Below are positions 62,481 to 64,000 of a stretch of 64,000 nucleotides of DNA, piece by piece. The stretch's first letter is position 1. Every line of letters starts with the position of its first letter. Position numbers and translations under genes: made by a program. Under the pieces are notes generated by a model. That model was not told the DNA's origin, ran no database searches, and saw nothing but the letters and a program-made list of their open reading frames with translations. The DNA comes from Harriotta raleighana (lineage: Eukaryota): NCBI GenBank assembly GCA_050575255.1, contig JBNZDD010013610.1, positions 1,410,366-1,474,365 of the forward strand. Reading direction: 5' to 3'.

Positions 62481-62857
62481 ACTTAATGCTGATTTTTTTT
62501 TTCCTTTAGCGTTTAAAATGATAAACCTAAAAATTGATCAGAAAAGCTGAAATCAATGCTGCTTTGGCATTAATCGATATTGATAATGATGGGCTTCTTT
62601 TATTTTTAAGAACGACTTAGAAAATGTCAATAAATCGCTTTCTGCTGCCCAAACGTTTAGTTGTAGATTTTTATGGCCTTTGCTGGTAATATATATTAAT
62701 ATTTATTGTTATTTGGTAAACATTTATTGCTCGACTCTTCCATTTGAGTCGCAGGGCCTTGCAATGATGTGATGCCAGGAAGCAGAGTACCTCTTTAAAA
62801 CTATGGATTGATTCTCAGTTTCCATAGTTCTTGTTTTATAGAAGCTCAACTCAATGG

Positions 62858-63040
62858 CAGTTCAGTAGCACAATGGTTAAGGTGCCTACTTCAAGGCTAT
62901 GTGGTCATGGCTTGCAGTTCAACGCTAACTGCAAATTGAATTCTAACAGTCAGATTTGAGGTGAGCATTTTGGAGCATTTGGCCCAGGTGATTTGTGTCC
63001 AAGCTCATAATACAACAGCATCGTACCACAGTTTTGTTGC
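62858..63040 (+). mobile_element. possible old tRNA-derived SINE (LF-SINE-like?)
   Basis: A-box-like TAGCACAATGGTTAAGG followed by GGCCCAG..GTGTCCA. The similarity is weak and judged by eye only. Confidence 0.3.
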
Positions 63041-64000
63041 CTTTAACAAACCTCTTCCACCGAGTTGAGCTGTTGGTGTCAAAAGTCACAGAAGAGTAAG
63101 TAAAGTGCTTGTTTGCTCTCCCAAGTAGCCTGTGGCCTGTTCACCTCCACTCCCAGGTGAAGGAGGCTACGTGGAAGTGAGAGCGCAGTGTCAACAGGAA
63201 GGGGAATTGAGAAAATGTAGAGTGAAGTAAGAGGTTGAATTTCATATTGTTTCAGTGTGGAACAAATGTTCCTCTGGTTTGGTGAATGGTCAAAGACTAC
63301 TTTGTTATTTCTACTTCAAGAGTGAGAGATCCATAGTCATGGTCTTCGTGAATTATCAAATTCGATATTTGATATATTATTAAATATGAAATAATAAATT
63401 ATTATTACTAAATATGAAATTGATCCAATGGGTACTGCAGGCCAGGATTGATTCAACCTTTCTGACCTTGTCATGGGGAGATTCACACTCGTGAGCTAGT
63501 CACTGATTTTAGTTATCAGCTGACTTGTTTGGCCACATTTTTTCAACACTGTGATAATTAACACTAGCATTAATTAACACTTTACAAGTTGCAATTTTCA
63601 CCCCAGTATCTACCAGGTAACCCTGTATACCTTTGCATGTGTTGTGACAATTACTGTAGCTTGAGGTTTCAGCTGTGACCAGTGGTACGCTTAGACTGTG
63701 CAATAAACCATATAAAACAGCAAATCATGGCTTGCGCCCAAGCCTGGAAGGTAAGTCAAGGTATTCTACAAACATGTGGGGTTCAGGTTGTGACTGTGAC
63801 TCCATCAGCAACAAAGCCACCATTTAATCACAGCCTGCATTTCACCCTTACTCTTCAATAAATTAGAGCTAAGTTTTGAAGCAATTAACTGCAATCAGCC
63901 AAGAATTGCTATGAGACCGCAGTTAATTTTAATATAGTTTACCAGCAAAACTGCATTTGTTAAAGGCATAAAATTAATAAAGCCATCTTATGAACTAGTC

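Noticed and set aside
63375-63420. Short direct repeat TAAATATGAAAT, two copies
   Set aside because: AT-rich slippage duplication with no further structure.
1-64000. CRISPR array, integron-like cassette array or prokaryotic operon suggested by the recurring TATATCAAATGCAAGG motif
   Set aside because: Copies are dispersed on both strands at irregular kb-scale spacing and are retroposon tails. The DNA is vertebrate and non-coding.

Overview
Vertebrate non-coding DNA, AT-rich (roughly 40% GC by eye) and CpG-depleted overall. The repeat content points to a cartilaginous fish, probably a holocephalan such as Callorhinchus; this is an inference, not a database result. The repeats are CR1 LINE 3' ends with (ATTCTATG)n tails, L2 LINE relics, and many tRNA-derived Deu-domain SINEs ending in ...TATATCAAATGCAAGG(ATT)n. 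I cannot support any cellular protein-coding exon, RNA gene or CRISPR array. The only ORFs with recognisable protein content are decayed CR1 and L2 ORF2 fragments. Between the roughly 45 retroposon fragments lie long unique stretches with blocks dense in homeobox, SOX, RFX and nuclear-receptor motifs. These look like conserved non-coding elements of a gene desert or giant intron, but conservation cannot be shown from one sequence. The best-supported 'system' is a modular L2/SINE set: two SINE families with different 5' halves share one 3' half, and their terminal stem-loop is shared with the local L2. Other items worth checking are two CpG-retaining unique segments (one with a minus-strand TATA box and possible small exons) and several nested insertions. 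I found no convincing novel gene system. Repeat boundaries are approximate to about 10-20 bp.
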